A DNA stretch of 63,436 bases, filler included, from Thraustochytrium aureum (lineage: Eukaryota): assembly GCA_012862495.1 (NCBI GenBank). It is 10 parts of 5 records of this genome, joined end to end, with 100 filler letters (N's around TTAATTAATTAA, not from the genome) between each part and the next. Parts side by side here need not be neighbours in the genome. Positions count along the whole stretch, not along the records: positions 2,397 to 31,296 come from BLSG01000005.1; positions 31,397 to 42,208 come from BLSG01000005.1; 8 more parts are not named here. One strand, given 5' to 3'. The position numbers and the translations under genes are program-made. Under the pieces are notes generated by a model. The model had not been told where the DNA came from, made no database searches, and saw only the letters and a program-made list of their open reading frames with translations. Every line of letters begins with the position of its first letter. The first letter of the stretch is position 1. Shown here piece after piece: positions 22,918 through 34,573 of the stretch.

Positions 22918-24072
22918 CTAGGCGGTGCTGCCTAGCGGCCCCACGGACGGCGGCAGAATTGTGTTCACGTTCGAGTTGTCGCTAAACCATGCGCTGACTG
23001 GCGCTGCCTTCTTCTCTTCCGCTCGCCGGAGCAGCTTGCCTGTGTTGCGATGCGAATAGTCAAAGATGCTAAACGAGAGCAGGAAAAACGTCAGATTCAA
23101 TACCTCACCTGTAATCGCTGGCCAGGATATCCCACCAGGACGACTCAGGGCAAGCCAGCCGCCGGTTGGGAAGGCGATCATCGCAAAGTAAGCACACCCG
23201 ACCACCACGATTCCAAAGAGAGACAGGATCACGCGCTTAGAGCAGCGCTTGATCGCGAGCATCGTCCGTTGCGTGCGCTCTGCCACGGTTTTCTCTCGCC
23301 CATGAGACACTGCGGACGGCGTCCCCACTGCTGCGTCCGTTTGCGGCTCCGATTCCACAATGCGAGACAAGGCCTCGTTGAGGAGGCTCACCATCTGAGC
23401 ACGGCCGACAAGAAATGTAACGGCGAGGACGAGGAGGAACGGAAGCGCAACGACCGTGCCAAGCGGAACTTGGTCTGCTATGGCGACAGCGAGCATCGCA
23501 ATTGTGAAAACGCCACAAAAGACGATACATGCGCGCCGGTACCTTGTGACGTTCTTGATCATCTTGGCGGACATCGTGCGAGTCTGCTGGCTCACCTCGA
23601 GCCACATTACGCTCACGTTGACAGCGGCAAAAAACACAAACACCTCGGCGCCCATGATGATGAATGACGTGACCGGGTGCCACGTGCTGTCCCGGGCCCC
23701 GTCTGATATGCGCGTCACTCGCGCGATGTCGACAAACTCGAGCAGGTAGAATACTTTCCACAGCGTGAAGAACAGTAGCGCGAGGTTGGTCGAGAGCAGC
23801 GTGGTGTTGGCTGCATTCATCTCGAGCCGAAAGTTGGAGGTCTTGAGGACTCGTGCGAGATCCCGACATGAAACGAGCCACGTCACTCCACCTGCGGCCA
23901 GCAGAGCGCCCATCGAGAAGAGCAGGATGACTGGGGTGGCGCCAGCGTACCCGGTGCAGTCCTCTCCTGTTCGCCCGAACCACGGCGAGCACACGCACTT
24001 GGACACCTCTGCATAGCTCACATTCGTGAGGCACGTGTATGGTGCGGCGCAGTCCGCGTCGACCTGGCACAT
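22918..24072 (-). CDS. Orphan 7-TM GPCR-like protein with N-terminal EGF-like domain (paralog B)
   Basis: MCQVDADCAAPYTC..CVCSPWFGRTGEDC; colinear and clearly homologous to 17565-18752 over the full length. Confidence 0.8.
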   Translation of the reverse strand: MCQVDADCAAPYTCLTNVSYAEVSKCVCSPWFGRTGEDCTGYAGATPVILLFSMGALLAAGGVTWLVSCRDLARVLKTSNFRLEMNAANTTLLSTNLALLFFTLWKVFYLLEFVDIARVTRISDGARDSTWHPVTSFIIMGAEVFVFFAAVNVSVMWLEVSQQTRTMSAKMIKNVTRYRRACIVFCGVFTIAMLAVAIADQVPLGTVVALPFLLVLAVTFLVGRAQMVSLLNEALSRIVESEPQTDAAVGTPSAVSHGREKTVAERTQRTMLAIKRCSKRVILSLFGIVVVGCAYFAMIAFPTGGWLALSRPGGISWPAITGEVLNLTFFLLSFSIFDYSHRNTGKLLRRAEEKKAAPVSAWFSDNSNVNTILPPSVGPLGSTA

Positions 24073-25153
24073 CGTCTGCCTCGACGGTCCTTCGTCGTCC
24101 ACGCGCCAAACCCTCTGGCTTTCCAGTCTTGCTTGTCGCTCCTCGTTCAGGGACTGGTGAGTCACTTGTTTGCGCGGGAGGAACTTGGCCTATCAGTTCA
24201 GAATGCAGGAAACAACATCTGCCTGGGTACTCCGGAGTTCCGGCTGCCACCGAGTTCCGGCCACCTTCAAATCTCTGCACTTTGCTGCACTCAGCTTCCC
24301 ATGGCGAGGATGGCTGCCGCGTGCAGGCGCGACGGGTGTTGTCGTTGTCATCGCGATTTATTTGTGCAACCCTCTGCGGAATCTCTGCGTATTTGTGGAG
24401 CTCCACGGCATTTATCCGTAATACAAAACCACTATACTTGGTTATCCCGCGTCGACCGAAACGCAAGCGAAACAAGTTGGAATGCCACTACGTGTGAACT
24501 CTGACTTCTGTTCTGCCCCATCCATGGGTGCACCGGTGAAGAAATGGCGAGATCCTGCACATGCGACAGACGACACCACCCCCTCGCCACGAGTACTCTA
24601 TCTTACCTACCAGCAAGGACTGTAAGGTAGAGTACTCACTCCTTAGATTGCCAGACTTGGCCAGAGCGACATTCTTCCTGCTCTGCGGCTTCTGCGGCTT
24701 CCGCCCTGATGAGCCAGCGTGCGTGCGGGGGGTGAAATGACATTTTGATGATTTACCCAGTGTGCGCCGGCGATTCCTTCGTTGCTCGCGAGCATCGCCA
24801 GTGTTCGGCCCTCGCCGTTTGCCTGCGTGGCAGTAAGTACTCTCTAGAGCTAGTAGTCACGCAAACGCTGGCGCGCGCGGGCGGCGGAATCGAGGCAGTC
24901 CTGCACGCCGCACTTGCCCGGTGCACGGGCAGCGGGATCGAGCCAGTCGCGCACGCCGCAATCGCCCGGCGCGCGGGAGGGCCTGCTTGAGTTTGCCCGC
25001 CCGACCCCACCCGCACCAACCCCTCGCGCGCCAACCCCTCGCGCGCCAACCTCGCTTGTTGGCTGCCGGGCGGCCAAGCGCTGCGCCCGGCCACGCGCCA
25101 GAGGGAGGGCCGACGCGGCTCGACGCGGCACCTCGCGGCGCTGAGGCGCGACG

Positions 25154-28100
25154 ATGGACGCCGACATTCTGCGCAAACAACTGCGCAAGTCGCTGGTGAC
25201 CACCAAGCGGCTCGAAGCCGTCGACCTGGACGAGTCGCTGAGCGAGAGCGGGTCGGAGGCGGGCTCCGCCTCGCCGTACGCGCGCGCCGGCTCATACCAA
25301 CACCAACAGAGGCAAGGCAGCCCCGACTCGGTGAGCGGAGGCTTGCGAGACATCACGGAAGGCGTTGCGCTCGGCGCAGACTCGGACCTCGAAAGCGACC
25401 CGAAAGACGGAGACGACCGCTCCCTCCGCTCCCACACGAGCAGCGGGAGCGGAAATCGCCACGGGAATGGTGCAACCAAGTTGGGGCTGGACGAGCAAGC
25501 TGCAGCAGAAGATGAGGACGGCCACTATTTCCACCACGTCGCGGGCAACGACAGTAGCGGCGAGAGCGACACCGGATCGGACGCCGGCGGCAGCAACGTC
25601 AACCATGTATCGGTCCTTGAGGCATGGTCCAAGCAGATCGAGCAGTCTGCAGGCGATCTTCGTCGGAGAGGCAGCGACAACGACTTTTTCGGGGGCAGCT
25701 TCAGCCCAGGCGGAGGCATGCGGATAGAGTATAAAGAGTCCCAAGCGCACCGCGCCGCGCCCTCCCCGCTGCAGTCCCCACCTGCGCACCAGGAGCTCGA
25801 AGGCTTTGAACCCGGGGCGAAAAACCGTGAGGCCCTCGAAAACCTAGGCAAGATTTTCCTGCGCGTCAAGGTCGAAGCCTGCCAGTGGCTGGAGCGGATC
25901 CTCGACGAGCCCGACCTCTTGCTCGACCAAGAGCCACAGAATGCCGGTACCAACGCCGAGCGGCCTCGCCGAGACCCGACCGAGACGGCCACGCTGTTCG
26001 AAATCCTCCGTTCTGGAGTCGTTCTCTGCCGCGTCGCGAACACGCTGTTCCCGGGTTGCATCACGTCGTTCACAAGCGACTTTGCCAGCGAGTCGAGCTT
26101 TATGATCCCGCTCAGCGAGCGCGAAAACATCAAAAAATTCGTGCGTGCGTGCCGGGACGCCATGGGCATCCCAGATACGCTCCTTTTCCAAGTCGGCGAC
26201 CTCCACAACATGCAAAACATGCCCAAGGTTGTGCTTTCGCTGCGAGCAGTCGCAGAGTACGCCCGGATCAACCGAATCACCCCGCCCGCGCTGCACTGGC
26301 CACGCGTGGAGGATCCCACTTTGGGCCTGCTGGACGACGACGACGCCGTTCTGCTGGCCTCTTCAGAAATGTCCAAGATGGACCAGCAAACTGTGGCGGA
26401 CCTGTATGCCGTGGAGACAAACCCGCACAAGATCCTCGGCGCAGCGCCTCCGAAAGACATCGAGAACGCCAAGTTTCAAGTGCGCAAACGCACCATTCAG
26501 CAAAACCTCGCCATGTCGGGCCTCAGCAAGGCGGCAAACCCACCCGCGCCGCCCAAGGTTTTTACCAAGAGCGCCTCTGCCCGCTTCCAGAGCCTGCCCG
26601 CGCACCACGCAAACGAAAACGACGCGGAAGGGTTCGGGGACGGCGGGGACGACCTTCCGCAACCGCCGCGCTCCCGCTCCTCAAGCCACCCAGACAGACA
26701 ATTTGCCCCTACCTCGGGCGCCCCAGCTTCTGTCGTGCTCACCGCCGGGCAGGGATTGCAATCGTCTGCTACAACACCTACAGGCTCAGTGGCCGGGGAC
26801 GCTGACGACCGTCTTGCGGCCATGTACGCCGCTGGCGAACTCTCGGTGCAGGCCTGGCTAGAGTCGCTCGGGATGGCCTCGTACTACCACAGCTTTCTTG
26901 AAGAGGGTTGGGACGAAATGGAGACCGTCTGCCTCATGACAGAGGCTGACTTGAGGGATGTTGGCATCACCAAAAAGGGCCACATGCGCAAGGTCGTCAA
27001 TGCCATGCGCAAGCTCAAGGGACTCGGTGGTGCCGACGATCCCCACATGCCCGCCGCCGGGCAGACCGCGCCCGCGTCAAATCACCACCATAACCGTGCG
27101 CACAGCGACGCGCCAGCATACGGCGAAGTGGAGGAGAAGACCCACGGCCTCGGCGCCCGCGCAGCCGGCCTCCGGGGCTCGTTCGGTGCCAGCACTCGAC
27201 GGTACTCGATTGAGAAACGCGAGATTTTCAACAAGGATCTCTCTTGGTCCCAGTGCCGAGCGCGAGCAAACGTCACTCAGGACTTGGAGGACGCCAAGGC
27301 GATCTGGGCGATGCTCGGTGACCTAAAGTCTCGACTGTCGATCGCGAACACTCTCGAGCCGCTCGGCCCAGACACAGCACGATCGATCCGCCATCTGGCA
27401 GCCATGACCGAGGATATTGTGCGCTCGCTCATTCCGTTCGACGCCCCCATCATCATCGACTTGGGCTGGAACTCGATCAAGTGCGGCTTCGCATTCAACA
27501 AATCCCCCATTGCGCTGCCCACAGTCGTCGGCAAGTACATGATGAATCCCGGTGGCCCGACCACCTCGGCGTCAGGCCTGATTGGGTCAGGGGGTGGGGG
27601 CTCGTTTCGTGCGGTGGGCACGACCATGTCTCCCGACTCGCCTGCCTCTGCGGCACTGCTGGCGGACGGACGGCGCCACTCGCACGCACACGTCTTCACG
27701 GCGGGTCGCCACGTTCCCGAACAGTGCCACGCGGCGCTCGCGCACGGCGCTGCGGGGCTCACGACGGCCTCCGAGATCGGCACCTTTGTGGTGCGGAGGA
27801 GCATACACCGCGGCATCGATTCTATTAAGGACCCTGTTGTCATCGAGTGGGACGACATGGAGCGTCTGCTAGAACACGTCTACCGCGACGTGCTCCACAC
27901 GTACTCTGACCAACACCCAGTCATGGTCGTCGAGCCAGCTAAAGGATGGTCCCCAGCCGACCGTCTCCGGATGGCGCAGCTGCTCTCCGACACCTTCAAG
28001 GTGCCTGCGATGCACTTTACGCCTGCGGCGCCCATGGTGGCCTTCCAGGCTGACTTGAAAAACTGCGTCGTGCTCGACCTCGGCGAGTCGCGTTCCACAG

Positions 28101-30007
28101 CGAGCGTGGTGTACAACAGCCGCCTCGTCCGCGACGCTGTCGTGCACTCGCCCATCGGCGGGCTGCAGCTCACTGAGCTGATGATGCAGTCGCTCACACA
28201 GGACGGGTACGAGTTCAAGTCCATCTTTGAAGCGAAAAAACCCCTCCAAGTTTGCCTCCCTGCGGCACTACATGGAGCAGGAGATCGCGGCCGAGGTCAA
28301 GCAGCAGGTTTGCATGGTGTCGCCTACATTCGAGGAAAAGGTCGTCAACGCGGACGCCCTCCCGACGTACCTGATCGACTACCTGCCCCGCGTCACTCGC
28401 GGCCCAAGGTACATCAATATCGGCGAGGCACGCGTCAAAGTCCCTGAAGCGCTCTTCTCCCCCGAGGTTATTCGTCGCGACCAGTTTTACAACGGTGGGA
28501 GCCTCCAGCACATTGTCAAAGAGGCGCTCACGCGCTGCACCGACGTCGTCGCCAACGCGGCGTCCGAGATTGTCGTATTGTGTGGCGGCGTGGCAAACAC
28601 TCCCGGCGTTGCAGAGCGTCTCCAAGCGGAACTCGACGAGCTCTTTGCCCACAATGCATCCAAAACGCCTCGCGTAGTGCTAGCTTCCCCCACGCAAGTC
28701 GAGCTACCAACAGCGAGCGACGCGCCGGCAAAACGCCTCGGTCGCTCTGGATCAAGTGCTTCACGGGGCCCGCCGCCCGGTGCTGGCAGTGGGTCAGCCC
28801 AAGATATCCCAGACGACCCCGCCCTGGTCGCCTGGGTCGGTGCCCGTCGCGTCGTGATGCACGCAGACTTTCAGACAAGGTGGATCCCGAAACAGTCGAT
28901 GGACGAGCGCGGGGAAAAGGCGCTCCACGAAGCCGCTGTCTCCGATGGGCTTGGCCCCTTCCGCTCCACAGCCCGGACACGGCGCTGTACAAGGCGAACC
29001 GGGCGGTCTCGGCTCTCGCTGATGTGCTTGCGCTGCTTCACCAGTTTGGAACTGACCGGCAGCGCGCAGCGCGCGCTCGCGAGGTCCGTACCAAGCGCTC
29101 TGCTTCGGCAGGGTCAAGCTCCTCCGCTTCGACCCTGCCGAGTGTCGGTGGGCGTACGAGCTCGGGCTCCGGCACCGCCGTGTCTGCTGCGCTCACCCGC
29201 CGCGCCGCGAGCCGCTCGCCGTCGCCTCTTTCTAACCGCTCGGTCTCGCGTCCCGACCCGGTGCAGACTGACGGCGCAGCGGCGAGGGCGATCGCGGCAC
29301 GTGCGGCAGGATCGCCGCCCTCCCGGAGCTCACATGCGAGCTTCCTAAGCCCAGCCCCATCGACTCCGCAGAGCTTGACCGCGCAGCGCGTGGCCGACCT
29401 CGACGCCGACCCGCTGTCCCCCCGCTCGCTCAAAGACCTGATTCAAGACGTCGCTGCATTCCTCGAGGGCAAGGGGTGCCCAGAGGGGCATATTCTCGAC
29501 GTCAAGATGTACTTGTACGAGCTCTACGCGAACCGGCCGCCCCAGCGCAAGATGGGCGCCGTCGAGACGGTTGGGACGCTGCCTGACCGCCTACTTGCGG
29601 TCTTGACGCCGTACATTGATGGTCGCTTGCCACGTCCGTCGAGCCGCGGCTCGAACAGTGGGGCGAGCGCTGCTCTGGGCCCGCCGCAACCGCCCGTTGT
29701 CGACAACTTTCGCGCGCGGGGCAAGCTGCTCTTTGCGGATGACGAGGACGAGGACGAGGACGAGGAGAGCGCGTACGGGAGCGGGCGTCCAGGCAAGCGT
29801 CATCCAAAGGCGCCCTCGCCAAGAGGCAGTCCGAGAGCCTCTCGCGAGGTTGCTCGTCAAGCATCCTCCTTGGCCACGTCGCCACGGGCTTCGCCTCGTC
29901 GTGGTGCCCGAGCGACCTTGGACAACGAGGACGAAGAGGAGGGCGACACGGTTGAAGATGCCGATGATGATGACGAGGAAAGCGAGGTGTGGGCAATGGC
30001 GATTTAG
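25154..30007 (+). CDS. Multidomain protein: calponin-homology + SAM + actin-fold domain; frameshifts near 28237 and ~28955
   Basis: CH: LRSGVVLCRVAN, ENIKKFVRAC..GIP..LFQVGDL..NMPKVV. SAM: VQAWLESLGM..Y..F..EGWD..MTEADLRDVGITKKGH. Actin: IIIDLG..IKCGFA, WDDMERL, HPVMVVEP, TFKVPAM, VLDLG, IGGLQLT, VPEALFSP, VLCGG..PGVAERLQAEL, AWVGA. Confidence 0.85.
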
Positions 30008-30367
30008 GGTTCGTTCATTCTCGCAAGTGTGAGCGTGGGCGACACAGCGCCATCCTCGCGCCGTCAGTCCCGTGTTTTCGCGGTTTTCTTGCTTCTGGAC
30101 AATCCCGCCCGCCGACTAAAGCACGATAGCTGTCGGTCGCGCTCACATCTTGACAGAGTCGACGGCGGCAAGGAGCGAGCGGAAGGGCGTGGAGCAAGAT
30201 CGCTAGGCGGCACTCGCAAGTCCAACTCCCTAAGCCGATCGACGTCGCTTTGCCGGCTCCTCGTAGGCCTACGTACCTCATGCTGGTGCAGTATTGAGCG
30301 CGAAGCTCTCTCTACTCTAGCTAGTAGAGAGAGCGCTAGCTCTAGAGAGAGCGTGCCAAGTTCATAG

Positions 30368-31296
30368 TCATAACACGTCCGAAGCCTTTTGCTTGAGCCC
30401 CCTAGTCGAGCGTACCGCGCCGCTCGCCGAAGCCGCAAAAGTGACGTCGATTGACAGTGCATATGCTTGCCAATCCGTGCGCCAGCAAAGATAGCAAAGC
30501 GCGCCATCCAGCGCCAAGTACGCAGTCGGCATAGCCTCCCAAATCCCCAACAACCCGTGCCCGCGTTGCATCGCGAGCAACCAGACAAGTGGGATCCCGA
30601 TAAGCCACAACGAGACCCCGATGGCCACTGACATGTTCGATTGCTGCGAGAGGGCACGCAGAATGCCCAATAGCGGGCCCTGCATGCCGTCCATGGCAAC
30701 AAACAAACTCACGAGAGGCCATATCTGCGCGCACAAAGCGACCACCGCCGGGTCAGACGAGAACGCCGCAACAATGCTGTCCTGAAAGAAAAACACCGCA
30801 AAAACCGTTGACGGAAACCAGCGACAGGCAGGCCGCCAACGCGAACGTCGACAGCCGGCGTGCCATATCGACCTTCTTCTCCGCCAGCAACGCCCCCAGC
30901 CGCGTGCTGAGGCCGATGCTAAACCCGAGCGGCACCATGAACGCGAGCGGCACCAAGGAATACGCGATGCTGTGCGCGGCAAGACTCGCGGTCCCAAACT
31001 CGCCGCTGAAGAAGCAGATCAACTCCCAAAACCACCACTCGCTCATTGAGAGAATCCCAGGCAGCCCAAGACGTAGCAGAATCCACATGCTTTTCCGGTG
31101 CAAAAGCACATCGCGCACAAACGGCCAGTCTATGGTGTTTGGCGTGGTCAGTGGATGATGAAAACCCTGTGCGCACGTGAACAGCACAAATATCTCCAAG
31201 CACATAAAGTACACCGTGGCGCAGTGCGCAAGGGGCGCCCCGTCAAAGCCAAAGTCGAGGTATACCACAAACAGGTGCATCCACGCAGGGTGAACG
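30368..31296 (-). CDS. MATE-family efflux transporter (5' truncated; frameshift near 30809)
   Basis: LGLPG..SEWWFWEL, LAAHSI, FMVPLGFSIGLSTRLG, DGMQGPLLGILRAL, WLIGIPL, GLLGIW, TDW. Confidence 0.9.
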
Positions 31297-31396
31297 NNNN
31301 NNNNNNNNNNNNNNNNNNNNNNNNNNNNNNNNNNNNNNNNTTAATTAATTAANNNNNNNNNNNNNNNNNNNNNNNNNNNNNNNNNNNNNNNNNNNN

Positions 31397-32030
31397 GCCG
31401 AGGGCGCTTGGTCCCCGCCGGCGCTGCCCACGAGAGCGAGCTGCCGCGCAGAGGCCGGCGCGTCCCTCGCGAACGCGGCGTTCCCGGACCCGTCGCGGCC
31501 CTTGCCGTTCCGGCCCCAAAGGCGAATTGGACCCTACGGTGGTCGGCGTACAGAGTGCCGAGCGCCCCAAAGTCGATCATCAGCGGCTGCTTGCAGGAGG
31601 CGACGGCGTTGCCGAGCGCTGCAAATACCTCGGCCGCGATGGCGCGCACCTCCTCCTTTGGAAGCCTGGTCTCGAGCGAGAGCTGCGAAAAGTTGGCGTC
31701 CAAGACTGCCCCCAGGTGAATGGGCCGCCTCGTCTCTTGAACCTTGTACACCCGCACAAAGTTGTCGCAGAGCGCGAGCACGGGTCGGCCCTCGTCGGCC
31801 TTATTCGGAGCAAACTTGCCAAACGCAGCCACGTTCACGCCCTTGCCGGCCTTGAGTTGCGTCGCCACGTGCCGCACCAGCGCGCCCCACACCAGCTCCA
31901 CCTTCCCGACGGTCAGCCCATCCAGCAGCAGCAGCCTCCTCGCCTTCCTCGCGTCCGCGGATAGCTCTTCGCCCTTCACCACGCGTTCGAACAGGCCGTC
32001 CCGCGTCAGCGGCCCTCGCGCGCATTCCAT
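31397..32030 (-). CDS. CCDC81: CCDC81-like tandem HU-domain protein (3' truncated)
   Basis: VELVWGALVRHVATQLKAGKGVNVAAFGKF, PVLALCDNF, NFSQLS, IDFGALGTL..RVQFAF match the CCDC81 HU1/HU2 pattern. Confidence 0.7.
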
Positions 32031-33236
32031 CTCGGCCGCCCGGCCGGAGGGGTCCACAATCCACCTCCGAAACCGCCGCCGCACGAGCGCGCGACAGGAG
32101 GCCGAGTGGAGACTAGACGCAGCCGTATCGCAGCAGCCGTACTCTCCTCTTCTCGCGTTCCGCCGCGCACGCGGCCAGCCAGCCTGCCTGCCCGCCTGCC
32201 TGCCTGCCCGCCTGCCTGCCTGCGCCCTTGCCGATCTGCGGCCTGTGCTGCTCGACTCCGCGAACGGATCTTTCCGTTAGGTTTGTCCCAGCTCGTAGGT
32301 TAGGTTACTTTCAAGCAAAAGAACAAAAGAGCAAAGAGAGAGCGTGGTGGTTCCCGGGCGCGGATCGTTGAGGGTTGGTCCTGGACCGACAGCGCGCCGC
32401 GTGTCGTAGGTAGGGCGGCGCGAGTGGGGCGAGCGGTGAATAACCTAACGGTTCTCAACTGCCCGGCAAGCCACCCGGTCTTGCGCCTTTCCGAACTCGA
32501 CGGACGTGCGCAGCTTGGCAACGCAGCGGTTTCTCTCGTTCCGCCCCGCGCAGCGCTGCTTCCCGTCCGCCCNNNNNNNNNNNNNNNNNNNNNNNNNNNN
32601 NNNNNNNNNNNNNNNNNNNNNNNNNNNNNNNNNNNNNNNNNNNNNNNNNNNNNNNNNNNNNNNNNNNNNNNNNNNNNNNNNNNNNNNNNNNNNNNNNNNN
32701 NNNNNNNNNNNNNNNNNNNNNNNNNNNNNNNNNNNNNNNNNNNNNNNNNNNNNNNNNNNNNNNNNNNNNNNNNNNNNNNNNNNNNNNNNNNNNNNNNNNN
32801 NNNNNNNNNNNNNNNNNNNNNNNNNNNNNNNNNNNNNNNNNNNNNNNNNNNNNNNNNNNNNNNNNNNNNNNNNNNNNNNNNNNNNNNNNNNNNNNNNNNN
32901 NNNNNNNNNNNNNNNNNNNNNNNNNNNNNNNNNNNNNNNNNNNNNNNNNNNNNNNNNNNNNNNNNNNNNNNNNNNNNNNNNNNNNNNNNNNNNNNNNNNN
33001 NNNNNNNNNNNNNNNNNNNNNNNNNNNNNNNNNNNNNNNNNNNNNNNNNNNNNNNNNNNNNNNNNNNNNNNNNNNNNNNNNNNNNNNNNNNNNNNNNNNN
33101 NNNNNNNNNNNNNNNNNNNNNNNNNNNNNNNNNNNNNNNNNNNNNNNNNNNNNNNNNNNNNNNNNNNNNNNNNNNNNNNNNNNNNNNNNNNNNNNNNNNN
33201 NNNNNNNNNNNNNNNNNNNNNNNNNNNNNNNNNNNN

Positions 33237-33985
33237 GGGCACAAGGCTGTTACTTTAACAGGCTCACTGGGCTCAAGCAGATCACCGTCGGCGAAGGCAT
33301 CCACTTTCGCATCCCCTGGTTTGAGTACCCGAGCGTCTACGACGTGCGCACGCGCCCCCGCAACACGACCTCGCTCACCGGCTCGCGCGACCTGCAGATG
33401 GTCAACATCGGCATCCGCGTGCTCCACAGGCCCGACCCCGGCCACCTGACCGAGATCCACCGCAAGCTCGGCACCGACTACGACGAGCGCGTGCTCCCCT
33501 CGATCGTCAACGAGGTCTGCAAGCAGGTCGTGGCCCAGTTCAACGCCTCGCAGCTCATCACCCAGCGCGAGCGCGTCTCGCAGATGATCCACGGCAACCT
33601 CCGCGCCCGCGCCCAGCAGTTCAACATCATTCTCGAGGACACGTCGATCACCGAGCTCCGCTTTGGCCGCGAGTACTCTAGCGCCGTCGAGCGCAAGCAA
33701 GTCGCCCAGCAGGAGGCCGAGCGCGCGCGCTTCCTCGTCGACAAGGCCATCCAGGACAAGCGCGCCATCGTCATCAAGGCTCAGGGTGAGGCCAAGTCGG
33801 CCGAGCTCATCGGCAAGGCCATCGCCGACAACCCCGGCTTCGTCGAGCTGCGCCGCATCGACGCCGCGCGCGAGGTGTCCACCACCCTCGCCCGGTCCGC
33901 GAACCGCGCCTTCCTTAGCTCGGACAGCCTCATGCTCGGCCTTGTCGCCCCGACGGGGTCGGCACAGGAGGCCTCGCGCAAGTAG
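33237..33985 (+). CDS. PHB2: Prohibitin-2 (5' part in N gap; frameshift near 33252)
   Basis: FNR..G, GEGIHFRIPWFE, TGSRDLQMVNI, DYDERVLPSIVNEV, FNASQLITQRE, KQVAQQEAERA, AQGEAKSAELIG, NPGFVELRRIDAA. Confidence 0.93.
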
Positions 33986-34573
33986 GCTCTGCCGCGTCCC
34001 CCTCTAGGTGCAGCACTGGGCGGCCTGCTCAAGCCGCGCCGAGCGCAGAGCATCCCGTTCAGGCCCCGCCCCGAAAGCCGCCAAAGCGCGCCAAAGCGCA
34101 CTCGAGCACCTGCTTCTCCGCTTCTCCTGAAGGCTGGTTGGTGCCGGGCGAGTCGTGTATTTTTGAGGCTCGCTCGCGCACGCCGACGGGAATTGTGGGG
34201 CTGGCCAGCCGGCTGACTGCTTTGGAGCTCTGGCGTGAATGAGGGCTCGTGCAACTCTGCTCCTGCCAGCGGAATGACAACGGTGGAGTGAAGAAGGGGT
34301 GAGGAGGCGGCTGGCCAGCCGGCCGGGCGGTGATGGATGAGGAATGGATGGAATGGAGAATGGACGGACGAATGGAGCCTCTGCAGTCTGCAAAGTGTAG
34401 CTCGCCGAGTGGTTTGAAAAGCGGTGGCCAATCTGGCTAAGCCTTGTTGCAGTTTTTTTATTCCTTTTCCTTCTGTTGATGTTGATGAACGACTGACTGT
34501 CGTGTGCCGCAAGGGCGCTCCCGAAAGCACGCTATCTCTCTCTCCCCCAGCTAGCTCTAGCTAGGGTAGAGCT

